From contig MTLY02000003.1 of assembly GCA_002011035.2 (NCBI GenBank), positions 640,001-704,000 of the forward strand: 64,000 nucleotides of DNA. Reading direction: 5' to 3'. The position numbers and the translations under genes are program-made. The notes under the pieces are model-generated. The model was given only the letters and a program-made list of their open reading frames with translations. It searched no databases and was not told the origin of the DNA. This document shows, in pieces, positions 20,097-29,751 of this stretch; the first letter of the stretch is position 1; each line of letters opens with the position of its first letter. The DNA comes from Candidatus Hecatella orcuttiae (GTDB lineage Archaea; Thermoproteota; Bathyarchaeia; Hecatellales; Hecatellaceae).

Positions 20097-21350
20097 TTAG
20101 TGGACGCCATCGTAGAGGCAGGAGGGGTCTTCAGCCTGCAAGTCGCCGTATTTCACGTAGGCCCTCACCCGGCAGCCTCCTCCGCAAAGCTCTTTGTAGG
20201 GGCATAGCCCGCATTTCCCCTTCAGGTTTTTTGTTTTACTTCGGAAGGCTGAAAGAACAGGGCTGTCGCTCTCATTCCAAAGCTGGCTGAAGCTTTTTTC
20301 CTTTACGTTTCCGATCCTCAACTCTCTCAGCTGGGCGAATTGGCAGGGATAGACGTCTCCCACAGCGTCCACGTTGGCAACTCTGTCCCCCGCGCTGCAC
20401 GCGTCTCCCATAAACTGGAGAAGCCTAACGGCGCCTTCGTACTCCGGCGAGTTCTCCTCCCTCATTCTATTCAGCAAGTAGACAGCGTCTTGAGGGGCGT
20501 CCACCGACAGGATTTCCATGCGGCTGGGGCCAAGTTCCTTCGCTTTCCTGTATAAGACATCTAAAACCCAAGCTGTTTGGCTGCGTTCCAGTTCTCTGCG
20601 GGTGAAGTTCACCTTACCTCTGCCGCTGGGAACAAGCCAGTAGAGGCAGAACCTAGGCACCTCCAACCGAGCGGAGAGGTCGATGAGGGAGGGGAGTTCA
20701 TGAAAATTAAACTGGGTAACGGTAACTCTCACCCCACACTTCAATCCCACCCTGATGCAGTTTCTCAGGGCTTGCACAGCCTTCTGGAAGCTTCCCGGCT
20801 GCCCCCTCATGGCGTCGTGGGTCTTCTCGCTCGCGCCGTCCAAGGAAATTCCAACATACTCGATTCCTAGGCTCTTTATTCTCTCCGCCGCCTTCTCCGT
20901 TATGAGGGTGCCGTTGGTGCTCAGCGCTGTCTTCAAGCCCCTCCGCCGGGCGTAGCTGGCGATTTCCCAGAAGTCCTCCCTAACCAAGGGTTCCCCTCCG
21001 CTGAACATGAGGAGAGGGACTGGAATCTGGGAAAGGTCATCTATGAAAGCTTTAGCCTCATCCAGCGACAACTCCCCCTGCCTCCGCGCCGAGGGCCCTG
21101 CGCTGAGGTAGCAGTGGCTGCAGGAGAGGTTGCATTCATTCGTCATGTTCCAGAAAACGAGAGGTCGCCGGGTTTCGGTGAAGGCCAGAAACTTGCTCGG
21201 CTGCAGGTGAGGCGGCTGTGTGCGATGCTTGATAACCTCGCTTACCACACCCTTTCCGTGCAGAAGCTCGGTGAAACGAATCAAGGCCTTCTCCTTCTTT
21301 CCTTTTTTTTCAGATGTTCTCCGTTTAGGCCTCCTCTTGTAGGTTTCCAT
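20097..21350 (-). CDS. ahbC: Radical SAM/SPASM 12,18-didecarboxysiroheme deacetylase (AhbC/NirJ1-like)
   Basis: 'RPLVFWNMTNECNLSCSHCY', 'FSGGEPL', SPASM cysteines 'PCQF..GKCGLC...CGGGCR'; next to ahbAB. Confidence 0.8.
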   Translation of the reverse strand: METYKRRPKRRTSEKKGKKEKALIRFTELLHGKGVVSEVIKHRTQPPHLQPSKFLAFTETRRPLVFWNMTNECNLSCSHCYLSAGPSARRQGELSLDEAKAFIDDLSQIPVPLLMFSGGEPLVREDFWEIASYARRRGLKTALSTNGTLITEKAAERIKSLGIEYVGISLDGASEKTHDAMRGQPGSFQKAVQALRNCIRVGLKCGVRVTVTQFNFHELPSLIDLSARLEVPRFCLYWLVPSGRGKVNFTRRELERSQTAWVLDVLYRKAKELGPSRMEILSVDAPQDAVYLLNRMREENSPEYEGAVRLLQFMGDACSAGDRVANVDAVGDVYPCQFAQLRELRIGNVKEKSFSQLWNESDSPVLSAFRSKTKNLKGKCGLCPYKELCGGGCRVRAYVKYGDLQAEDPSCLYDGVH

Positions 21351-21411
21351 TCAGCCAGCCGATAGCTAATATAGGAGTCGTTTTTCCTCCTATTAAAGGA
21401 GAACCCTACGC

Positions 21412-21882
21412 ATGGTCACCCTCGACAAGACCGACAGGAAACTGCTTCAACTGGTGCAAGACGATTTTCCCTTGGTGGAGAAGCCTTGGGCTGAGGTTGC
21501 AGCCAAACTCGGTGTGGGAGAAGAGGAAGCGATCCGCCGTGTAAAACGCCTCCTTAGAGAGGGGGTGATATCTAGGATCGGTCCTATCATCGACGCGAGG
21601 AAGGTGGGTTTGAAAGCTTCGACGCTAGTCGCTGTGAAGGTGGCTGAGGGTGAAGTTGAAAGAGTAGCTCGGATAATCAACGGCTTCAAGGAAGTTTCTC
21701 ACAACTATGAAAGGGACAACGCCTACAACCTGTGGTTCACCGTGACAGCCCGTGATGAGGAGGAGCTGGAAAAGGTTCTTAAAAAGATAAAGAGGAAAAC
21801 AGGGATTAGAGAAGATGATTTCCTAGAACTCCGCTCCCAACGTGTCTTCAAAATAGGTTTGAAGTTCAACTTCACGGAATAA
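21412..21882 (+). CDS. ahbA: Siroheme decarboxylase alpha subunit (Lrp/AsnC-like)
   Basis: 'QDDFPLVEKP', 'STLVA', 'VSHNYERDNAYNLWFT'. Confidence 0.88.
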   Translation: MVTLDKTDRKLLQLVQDDFPLVEKPWAEVAAKLGVGEEEAIRRVKRLLREGVISRIGPIIDARKVGLKASTLVAVKVAEGEVERVARIINGFKEVSHNYERDNAYNLWFTVTARDEEELEKVLKKIKRKTGIREDDFLELRSQRVFKIGLKFNFTE

Positions 21883-21902
21883 GCCGATCTCGGGATGAAA
21901 AT

Positions 21903-22370
21903 ATGGACAGCATAGACCGGGAGATACTGTATCTGCTTCAAGAAGGTTTACCTCTATCCAGTGAACCCTTCGCCCTCATAGCCGAGAAACTGGGAATAAC
22001 CCCCGGAGAAATCCTATCCCGGCTGAAGCTTCTGCGGGAAGAAGGTGTCATCCGAAGGTTCGGAGCTTCCCTCAGGCCGCCGAAGGTGGGAATATTGGCT
22101 AATGCCATGGTCGCTTGGAAGGTGCCCTCCGGCCGTGTGGAAGCCGTGGGAACGGCTCTCTCCCGCTTCCCAGAAGTAACCCACTGTTACGAACGCCGGA
22201 CGGTGCCGGGAAAATGGGACTACAACCTCTACACAGTTGTCCACGGCCCCAACCAAGAGACGGTGCGAAGACTGGTAGCCCGCATGGCGAAGAAGACGGG
22301 GATAAAAGACTTCATCATCCTCTTCAGCACAAAAGAGTTCAAGAGGGCGAGTGCGGGGAGGATCACCTGA
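21903..22370 (+). CDS. ahbB: Siroheme decarboxylase beta subunit
   Basis: 'IRRFGA', 'ANAMVAW', 'VTHCYER', 'YNLYTVVHG', 'LFSTKEFK'. Confidence 0.9.
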   Translation: MDSIDREILYLLQEGLPLSSEPFALIAEKLGITPGEILSRLKLLREEGVIRRFGASLRPPKVGILANAMVAWKVPSGRVEAVGTALSRFPEVTHCYERRTVPGKWDYNLYTVVHGPNQETVRRLVARMAKKTGIKDFIILFSTKEFKRASAGRIT

Positions 22371-23442
22371 ATTTTTTCGGCTGGTAGACGCACCAAGGCT
22401 CCTCGGCCAAGTAGTCTCCCTCCAGCCCTGTGGGCGCTCTCAAGCCTCCGCAGACGTCGGTGAAGTCGCGGGTTAACCCATAGGCGCGAGCCCGGCATCC
22501 CCCGCAGATGTCCCTGTAGTCGCAGACGCCGCATTTTCCCTTCAAATTGTCGAAGTTTCGAAGTTTCTTGAAGACCTCGGAGTGAAACCATATGTCCTTA
22601 AAGCTTTCTCTCCTCACGTTGCCGGCTTCCACAGGCAGGTAGGGGCAGGGAGTGACTTCCCCCGTGGGGTAGATTCGGCAGTACCAGAGCCCGGCGATGC
22701 AGCCGCGCCCCCACCTCTTCAGCTCCAAGCCTTCCTGTTTGGCTATGCGCATAAACTGCGGCGCGCAGGTGGGTTTCACCTCAAAACTGTAGCCGCCTTT
22801 CTTCCCCAGGAGCTTCCTTATCATTTTCTCATACTCAACCGGCGAAAGGTCTTCCAGCTCTCTTCCCCTGCCCGTGGGGACGAGGAAGAAAAGATGGAAG
22901 TCGCTGGCTCCCAGCTCTTGGGCCAGGTTTAAAATGTCTTCGATTTCCCCGTAGTTATCCTTGGTGACGGTGGTATTAACCTGCAGGTCGATTCCATGGC
23001 GGAGGCTGGCCTTTATCCCCCTGACAGCTGCCTCCCAAGAGCCTCGGAGGCCTCGGAACCTGTCATGCTTCTCAGGGTTTGCTGAGTCCAGGCTGACGGC
23101 TATCTTGGATATTCCTGCCTTCCTCAGCTTTTCCGCGATGATGTCGGTTATGAGAGTGCCGTTGGTGCCCATGACAACCTTTAGGCCCTTTTCCGTCCCC
23201 CAGCGGGCAAGCTGGAAGATGTCATCCCTCATCAAAGGCTCTCCGCCGCTGAGGATGAGGATGGGTTTGCCTACTTCAGCGATCTGCTCAATCAGCCTCC
23301 GTCCTTCCTCGGTGGTTAAGGCTCTGTCGTCCACCCGCTGCTGGGCGTCAATGTAGCAGTGGGCGCATCTCAGGTTGCATTTGAAGGTGGTGTTCCAAGA
23401 TATGAGGCGGGGTGTGAAGTTGTAGACCATGGCTGAGAGCAT
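22363..23442 (-). CDS. ahbD: Radical SAM/SPASM heme b synthase (AhbD/NirJ2-like)
   Basis: 'CNLRCAHCY', 'FFLVPTGRG', 'KPTCAPQFMRI', 'GCIAG', 'CGGCRARAY'. Confidence 0.82.
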   Translation of the reverse strand: MLSAMVYNFTPRLISWNTTFKCNLRCAHCYIDAQQRVDDRALTTEEGRRLIEQIAEVGKPILILSGGEPLMRDDIFQLARWGTEKGLKVVMGTNGTLITDIIAEKLRKAGISKIAVSLDSANPEKHDRFRGLRGSWEAAVRGIKASLRHGIDLQVNTTVTKDNYGEIEDILNLAQELGASDFHLFFLVPTGRGRELEDLSPVEYEKMIRKLLGKKGGYSFEVKPTCAPQFMRIAKQEGLELKRWGRGCIAGLWYCRIYPTGEVTPCPYLPVEAGNVRRESFKDIWFHSEVFKKLRNFDNLKGKCGVCDYRDICGGCRARAYGLTRDFTDVCGGLRAPTGLEGDYLAEEPWCVYQPKKFR

Positions 23443-23634
23443 CCTTGAAAGTTTTAAAGCCTCTGAAGGTATGCCTTCCTTTAGCTTGTTTTTTTGGGTA
23501 ACATGTAAAAAAGTTTTTGAGTAATAAGGCTTTTTCTACAGCTGATTTTTTGGAGAAAACTTATTAGAGAAACCGCCCATCTAAGTATCGCCGCAGCATT
23601 AAGGAAATCTTCTGTTAAGGATGGGTTCGGGGTT

Positions 23635-24957
23635 TTGAGGATCCTCAACCTCAAGGCTACATACAAGAGAGCGTCCATACCTTTGCTTGAGAAACTCACT
23701 TTCCAAGATCCTCAAAAAGCCATAAAGAAAATACGGGATATCGAAAACGTGGCCGAAGCTGTAATCCTCCAAACCTGCAACCGGGTGGAGATCTTCACCG
23801 CAGCCCAAAACCCTGAAGCCGGAGAAGCCGTCGGCGAGTATTGGAGGAAAGAAGTCAACGTCGAGAAAGAGAAATTTTACAGCCTCATCGAAGCAGCTTA
23901 TGACACTGAGGCTATAACCCACCTTTTCCGGCTGGCTTCAGGCCTTGAGTCCATGGTAATCGGGGAAGCTCAGATCCTCGGCCAGGTTAAAAAAGCCCTC
24001 CAAGAAGCGAAGAGAAACGACACCGTAGGCCCTCTGCTCGAAAAAGTTTTCACCAAGGCGATCAAGACGGGGGGTCGAGTTCGCCTTGAAACCAGCATAG
24101 GCCGAGGTGCTGTTTCCATAGGTTCGGTGGCCGTGAATTTAGCAGAAGAAGTTCTCAACGGCTTGGAAGGAAAGAGGTTTCTCATCCTAGGAGCTGGGGA
24201 AACCGGCACATTGGTGGGGAAAGCTCTCGCAGCCAGACGGCAGGCCGCGGTCATCGTGGCCAACCGAAGTTATCCCCGCGCCGTCAGATTGGCTCGGATG
24301 CTGGGCGGTCGAGCTGTGTCCTTCAGTCAGCTGGGGAAATTTCTGGCTGAAGCCGACGTGGTGGTGGTCGCCACCTCAGCGCCCCACCCAGTGTTAAGGC
24401 TGTCAGCAGTGGAGGAAGCTCTCAGGAGGAGAAGTAAGGCGGAGAACCCCCTGCTCATCATCGATCTTTCCCAGCCTAGGAACGTGGACGCCGAGATAGC
24501 CCGCCTTCCGGGGGTTCAACTCCACAACATCGATGACCTCCAAAAACTTGGGGAGGTAAATCTTAAAATGCGCGCCGCAGAGGTGGAAAAGGCTGAAAGG
24601 ATTGTTGAGAGGGAGGTTAAAAATTTGGAGTCAGCTTTGAGGCGGGAAACCGTGGAGCCGGTGATCTCAGCCCTCTACAGCAAGGCTGAGGAAATTCGGA
24701 GAAAAGAAGTGGAAAGAGCTCTCAGGATGCTGGGTGGAGGAGATGGGCGCTGGCGGAGGTTTCTCGAGGACCTGTCCCGTGAACTTGTTGAGCGGATTTT
24801 TCACTATCCTGTTCAAGCCTTGAGGAAGGCTGCTGAAAAAGACCAAGCTGCCTTCATCTCGGCGGTTCAGGAGCTCTTCAACCTAAAAGCCGGAGGGGAA
24901 ACCCGTGGTCTTCCCAACGCTTCGCATGAGAAGGTTGCGAAGGACATCGAAGCTTAG
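23635..24957 (+). CDS. hemA: Glutamyl-tRNA reductase
   Basis: 'QTCNRVE', 'SGLESMVIGEAQILGQ', 'GAGETG', 'DLSQPRNVD'. Confidence 0.96.
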   Translation: MRILNLKATYKRASIPLLEKLTFQDPQKAIKKIRDIENVAEAVILQTCNRVEIFTAAQNPEAGEAVGEYWRKEVNVEKEKFYSLIEAAYDTEAITHLFRLASGLESMVIGEAQILGQVKKALQEAKRNDTVGPLLEKVFTKAIKTGGRVRLETSIGRGAVSIGSVAVNLAEEVLNGLEGKRFLILGAGETGTLVGKALAARRQAAVIVANRSYPRAVRLARMLGGRAVSFSQLGKFLAEADVVVVATSAPHPVLRLSAVEEALRRRSKAENPLLIIDLSQPRNVDAEIARLPGVQLHNIDDLQKLGEVNLKMRAAEVEKAERIVEREVKNLESALRRETVEPVISALYSKAEEIRRKEVERALRMLGGGDGRWRRFLEDLSRELVERIFHYPVQALRKAAEKDQAAFISAVQELFNLKAGGETRGLPNASHEKVAKDIEA

Positions 24958-25882
24958 GCAGCTGGTAAGGGAGACGGTTCTGACTCCCAGCGACCTAGTT
25001 TATCCCCTCTTCGTGGAAGAAGGCCTTGAGAAGGCTAGGCCCATCGAAAGTATGCCCGGCCAGTTTCAACTCCCCCTCAACAGGGTGGCGGAGGAAGCGG
25101 AGGAAGTTGCCTCCCTCGGAATCCCCGCCCTCATCCTCTTCGGAATCCCCAAAACCAAGGACGACTGGGGCTCCTCAGCCTACAGCCCCCAAGGCATCGT
25201 CCAGCAGGCGATAGGCGAGATAAAGAGGGCGATGGGCGACAGGCTTGTGGTGGTGACGGATGTCTGCCTCTGCCAGTACACAAGCCACGGGCACTGCGGC
25301 ATCCTCCAAGGGCAGGAGATGGTCAACGACGCCACCTTGGAGGTTTTGGAAAAAGTCGCCCTCAGCCACGCTCGCGCAGGAGCCGACGTGGTGGCTCCCT
25401 CAGCTATGGTGGACGGTCAAGTTCAAGCTATCCGAAAGGCCTTAGACCGGGAGGGCTTCGAAAACGTGGCCATCATGGCCTACTCCGCCAAGCAGGCGTC
25501 CAGCTTCTACGGCCCCTTTAGGGAAGCCGCCTACTCGGCTCCAGCTTTCGGTGACAGGAGAAGTTACCAGATGGACTACGCCAACTCCGACGAAGCCTTG
25601 AGGGAGGTGGAGCTGGACGTAAAGGAGGGAGCGGACATCGTCATGGTGAAGCCGGCTCTCCCTTGCTTAGATCTCATCCACCGGGTGAAGACCGCGTTCC
25701 GAATGCCCACCGCCGCCTACAGCGTCAGCGGAGAATACTCGATGATCAAGGCGGCGGCTGCGAGAGGCTGGGTGCATGAGAAGGCGGCGGTGCTTGAGGT
25801 TTTAACCGCCATCAAGAGAGCTGGAGCCGACATCATCCTCACCTACCACGCCAAGGAAGCGGCTGGGTGGCTGAAAGAATGA
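24905..25882 (+). CDS. hemB: Porphobilinogen synthase
   Basis: 'DVCLCQYTSHGHCG', 'SFYGPFREA', 'GDRRSYQMD', 'MVKPA'. Confidence 0.97.
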   Translation: MVFPTLRMRRLRRTSKLRQLVRETVLTPSDLVYPLFVEEGLEKARPIESMPGQFQLPLNRVAEEAEEVASLGIPALILFGIPKTKDDWGSSAYSPQGIVQQAIGEIKRAMGDRLVVVTDVCLCQYTSHGHCGILQGQEMVNDATLEVLEKVALSHARAGADVVAPSAMVDGQVQAIRKALDREGFENVAIMAYSAKQASSFYGPFREAAYSAPAFGDRRSYQMDYANSDEALREVELDVKEGADIVMVKPALPCLDLIHRVKTAFRMPTAAYSVSGEYSMIKAAAARGWVHEKAAVLEVLTAIKRAGADIILTYHAKEAAGWLKE

Positions 25883-27156
25883 AGACGTCCAAAAGCTTCT
25901 ACGAGAAAGCTAAGGGCCTCATGCCCGGAGGCGTCAACAGTCCTGTCAGGGCTTTTGAGCCCTACCCCTTCTTCACCGATCACGCTGAGGGGTCCAGGCT
26001 TTTCGATGTGGATGGGAACGCTTACATCGACTACTGCATGGCCTACGGACCCCTTCTGCTGGGACATGCTCCCTCGGAGATTGTGGAAGCCGTCCGCCGG
26101 CAGCTGGGGAAGGGGACGATGTACGGGACTCCCACTGAAGCCGAGGTGGAGCTGGCGGAGCTCCTAGTTGAGGTTGTTCCCTGCGTTGAAATGGTTAGGG
26201 TGGTGAACAGCGGAACCGAAGCCACCATGCACGCCCTCCGGGTTGCCCGAGGCTGCACTGGAAAGGATAAAATTGTGAAGTTTGAGGGCTGCTACCACGG
26301 CGCCCACGACTACGTCCTCGTCCAAGCCGGCTCCGGGGCTACTGCCTTCGGAGCGCCCACATCCCTAGGGGTTCCGAAGGACTCCGCCAAGAACACCTTG
26401 GTTGTGCCTTTCAATAACCTAGGCGCGTTGGAAGAGGTTGTGGAGAAAAACCAAGGGGAAATCGCCGCGGTCCTCATGGAGCCGGTGGTGGGGAACGCGG
26501 GGGTCATCCTTCCCAGAAACGGCTACCTTCAAGCGGTCAGAAGGCTGACGGAAAAGAACGGAATCATCCTCATCTTCGACGAGGTGATCACCGGGTTTAG
26601 GCTTGCCTTGGGAGGAGCTCAGGAATACTTCCAGATCACACCCGACATGGTGACCTTGGGGAAGATCATGGGGGGCGGTTTCCCCATGGCCGCCTTCGGA
26701 GGGAAAAAAGAGCTCATGCAGCTTGTCTCCCCGGTGGGGAAAGTCTACCAAGCCGGAACCCTCAGCGGCAACCCCATCTCCGTGGTGGCAGGGCTTACAA
26801 TGTTGAATATTCTAAGAGAGAAGAAAACCCTCATCTACAGCCAACTGGAAAGGCAGGGCGACGCCCTCAGAAAAGGACTCTCCGACCTCGCCGAAGACCG
26901 AAAAGTGCCGGTGCAGGTGAACGGTTTGGCCTCCATGTTTCAGGTCTTCTTCACCCCCCAGCCTGTCTTCGACTACAAGGCGGCGCAGAGTTCGGATAAG
27001 GCTAAGTTTCAACGCTACCACAGAAAACTGATGGAGCGGGGAGTGTTCATTCCCCCCTCTCAGTTTGAAACATGTTTCCTCTCCACCGCGCACAGCGAGG
27101 AGGATGTGGCTGAAACCTTGGAGGCGGCAGACGCGGCTTTTCAATCACTCCGGTAG
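25879..27156 (+). CDS. hemL: Glutamate-1-semialdehyde 2,1-aminomutase
   Basis: 'PGGVNSPVRAF', 'NSGTEATM', 'FDEVITGFR', 'LGKIMGGG', 'YQAGTLSGNP'. Confidence 0.97.
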   Translation: MKTSKSFYEKAKGLMPGGVNSPVRAFEPYPFFTDHAEGSRLFDVDGNAYIDYCMAYGPLLLGHAPSEIVEAVRRQLGKGTMYGTPTEAEVELAELLVEVVPCVEMVRVVNSGTEATMHALRVARGCTGKDKIVKFEGCYHGAHDYVLVQAGSGATAFGAPTSLGVPKDSAKNTLVVPFNNLGALEEVVEKNQGEIAAVLMEPVVGNAGVILPRNGYLQAVRRLTEKNGIILIFDEVITGFRLALGGAQEYFQITPDMVTLGKIMGGGFPMAAFGGKKELMQLVSPVGKVYQAGTLSGNPISVVAGLTMLNILREKKTLIYSQLERQGDALRKGLSDLAEDRKVPVQVNGLASMFQVFFTPQPVFDYKAAQSSDKAKFQRYHRKLMERGVFIPPSQFETCFLSTAHSEEDVAETLEAADAAFQSLR

Positions 27157-27165
27157 CGGGTTGCC

Positions 27166-28098
27166 ATGAAACTGATCGTGGGAACTAGGGGAAGCAAGCT
27201 GTCCCTCATCCAAACAGACTCTGTAGTGCAGAAGCTCACCGAGGCTCTCCCAGACTTGAAGGTTGAAACCAAGGTCATCAAGACGACTGGGGACAAGTTT
27301 TCCCGCAGGCCTCTGCTAGCCATCAAGGAGAAGGGAATCTTCGAAAAAGAAATCGACATGGCCGTCCTCCGGGGTGAAGCTGACTTCGCCGTCCACAGCC
27401 TAAAGGACGTCCCCACCGAGCTGCCTCAAGGGCTGACCCTCGCCGCTGTTCCGGAGAGAGAGTCCCCCTACGATGTTCTTGTTTCCCGGGGAAACCTAGG
27501 CTTGGAAAACCTACCCCCAGGCGCCGTGGTGGGCACGGGAAGCCCTAGGAGGTCAGCTCAACTCCACGCCCTCAGACCAGACCTCCAGGTGAAGCCTATC
27601 CGAGGCAATGTAGACACAAGGGTTAGAAAGGTGAAACAGGGACTCTTCGATGCGGTCATACTGGCGGAAGCCGGGTTGAGGAGGTTGAGCATGGGCTCTC
27701 TCGCAACCAAACGTCTGCCCCCGGACCGTTTCACCCCAGCGCCAGGGCAGGGCGCCTTGGCAGTGGTTTCAAGAGAAGACGACGGGGAGGTCTTAAAAAT
27801 TCTAAGCCGCGTGGACCATTCTCCCTCTAGGGCGGAGGTCCTAGCTGAAAGAGTCTTTGTCAGGGAAATGGGCGGGGGATGTAAGGTTCCCCTCGGAGCC
27901 CTCGCTTGTGTGCAGGGACGTCGACTGCTCCTCCATGCGGCTGTATTTTCGCCTGATGGAAAGATATGCCTTCAGACTTGGGAGGTGGGAAGCGTGAAGT
28001 CGCCTGAAGAAGCCGGGGTGAAACTGGCTCGAAGGATGAGGAGGCAGGGAGCCGGGGAACTCATCCAACATTGGAGGGCCCTCTATGAAAAAAGGTAA
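27166..28098 (+). CDS. hemC: Hydroxymethylbilane synthase
   Basis: 'GTRGSKLS', 'AVHSLKDVP', 'IRGNVDTR', 'PAPGQG', 'GGGCKVP'. Confidence 0.97.
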   Translation: MKLIVGTRGSKLSLIQTDSVVQKLTEALPDLKVETKVIKTTGDKFSRRPLLAIKEKGIFEKEIDMAVLRGEADFAVHSLKDVPTELPQGLTLAAVPERESPYDVLVSRGNLGLENLPPGAVVGTGSPRRSAQLHALRPDLQVKPIRGNVDTRVRKVKQGLFDAVILAEAGLRRLSMGSLATKRLPPDRFTPAPGQGALAVVSREDDGEVLKILSRVDHSPSRAEVLAERVFVREMGGGCKVPLGALACVQGRRLLLHAAVFSPDGKICLQTWEVGSVKSPEEAGVKLARRMRRQGAGELIQHWRALYEKR

Positions 28099-28834
28099 GG
28101 TCTTCCTCGTGGGAGCTGGACCCGGGGACCCGGAGCTCCTGACGCTTAAAGCTTTGAAGATCCTGAAAAAGGCAGACGTCGTCGTCTACGACCGGCTGAT
28201 CGCCAGAGCGTCCCTTAAATTAGCCCCTAGAAAGGCTAAGAAGATCTACGTTGGCAAGGCTCACGGAAGCCACACCATACCCCAGGAAGCCATCCACAAA
28301 ATCCTAGTGGAGGAAGCCTCTGAGGGGAAAACCGTGGTCAGGCTGAAGGGGGGAGACCCCTTCCTCTTCGGCCGTGGAGGGGAGGAGGCTCAGGAGCTCC
28401 GCAGAGCCAAGATTCCCTTCGAAGTTGTGCCGGGGGTAACCTCAGCCCTAGCCGTGCCGGCCTACGCTGGAATTCCCCTCACCCACCGAAACTACGCCTC
28501 CTCCGTGGCCATTGTCACCGGCCATGAGGACCCTAGGAAACGGGAAAGCTGGGTGAAATGGGATAAAATAGCCGCCTCCGTTGACACCATCGTGGTGCTC
28601 ATGGGAGCCAAGAGGCTGGGTGAAATTGTCAAAAGCCTCCTAGAGGGAGGGCGAAGCCCGCAGACCCCTGTGGTCCTCATCGAGGAAGGCACCACAAAAC
28701 GGCAGAGAAAAACCCTGGGGACACTGGGAGACATCGTGAAGAAGGCCTCCCGGAGAAAGGTTAAGCCCCCCGCCGTCATCGTCGTCGGGGACATAGTTCA
28801 CCTGCACAAGGAGCTTTCTTGGTTTAAGCCGTGA
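28085..28834 (+). CDS. cobA: Uroporphyrinogen-III C-methyltransferase
   Basis: 'VGAGPGDPELLT', 'RLKGGDPFLFGRGGEE', 'AGIPLTHR'. Confidence 0.96.
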   Translation: MKKGKVFLVGAGPGDPELLTLKALKILKKADVVVYDRLIARASLKLAPRKAKKIYVGKAHGSHTIPQEAIHKILVEEASEGKTVVRLKGGDPFLFGRGGEEAQELRRAKIPFEVVPGVTSALAVPAYAGIPLTHRNYASSVAIVTGHEDPRKRESWVKWDKIAASVDTIVVLMGAKRLGEIVKSLLEGGRSPQTPVVLIEEGTTKRQRKTLGTLGDIVKKASRRKVKPPAVIVVGDIVHLHKELSWFKP

Positions 28835-28840
28835 ACTCCC

Positions 28841-29749
28841 ATGGCCCTTAGAGGTAAAACCATCGCCGTCACCAGGCCTGAGGAGCAGGCTCGCGGGATT
28901 TCCAAGCTAATCCGGAAGGAAGGGGGCTGCGTCTACCTAGCTCCCACGGTGGAGATAAAGCCGCCTAAGAGCCTAAGGCGGGCGGAGGCTCTCATCAAGG
29001 CTCTTGTCCAACGCAAGATCGACTACCTCATATTCATGAGCGTCAACGGCGTCCGAGGCCTCTTCGGCATCTCCAAAATTCTGGGGCTGGAAAGGGAGTT
29101 GCGGAAGGCTCTAGGCCGAACTCAGATTGCGGCCATAGGTCCTAAGACCCGGAGCGAGCTGGAAAAGAGAGGCGTCCGGGTGAAGCTTGTTCCCGCCCCC
29201 TATAGCTCTGAAGGGCTCATCCAAGCCTTCAGAAACCTGAGCCTAAAAGGCAAGACTGTGGCGATAGCTCGAACGGAGGACGCCGACTCCTACCTGCGGG
29301 AGGGGATGAAAGGCTTGGGAGCCAAGGTGGTGGAGGTTCCCGTCTACCGGTCGACGCTTCCCTCAGACAGGTCGAGGATGCTTCAGCTCGCCCGAGACCT
29401 CTCTGCGGCTAGGGTTGACGCTGTGACTTTCACCAGCTCCTCCACTGTCGAAAACCTCTTCAAGGTGGCTGCGAAAGCAGGTTTAGCTGGGAAGCTTAAA
29501 AAAGCCCTAGAGAGCTCGGTGACAGTCCTGGCCATTGGGTCGAAAACGCGGGAAACACTGCGGAAGCTTGGAGTTGCCTCGTCTCTGATGCCTGAGAAGT
29601 TCACCGCGGAAGCCATGTTGAAAGCTTACATCGACTTCTTGAAAGGGAGCTCACTTCCGCTCTTCCCTGCTTCAGGGAGGAGGCAGGTTTCCCCTTCCAG
29701 CAACCGTTTTAAAGGCTCTGTTCCTCCCCACCGTGAAAGGGAGGGGTAG
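28841..29749 (+). CDS. hemD: Uroporphyrinogen-III synthase
   Basis: 'IAVTRP', 'FMSVNGV', 'AIGPKT', 'FTSSSTV'. Confidence 0.92.
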   Translation: MALRGKTIAVTRPEEQARGISKLIRKEGGCVYLAPTVEIKPPKSLRRAEALIKALVQRKIDYLIFMSVNGVRGLFGISKILGLERELRKALGRTQIAAIGPKTRSELEKRGVRVKLVPAPYSSEGLIQAFRNLSLKGKTVAIARTEDADSYLREGMKGLGAKVVEVPVYRSTLPSDRSRMLQLARDLSAARVDAVTFTSSSTVENLFKVAAKAGLAGKLKKALESSVTVLAIGSKTRETLRKLGVASSLMPEKFTAEAMLKAYIDFLKGSSLPLFPASGRRQVSPSSNRFKGSVPPHREREG

Positions 29750-29751
29750 CC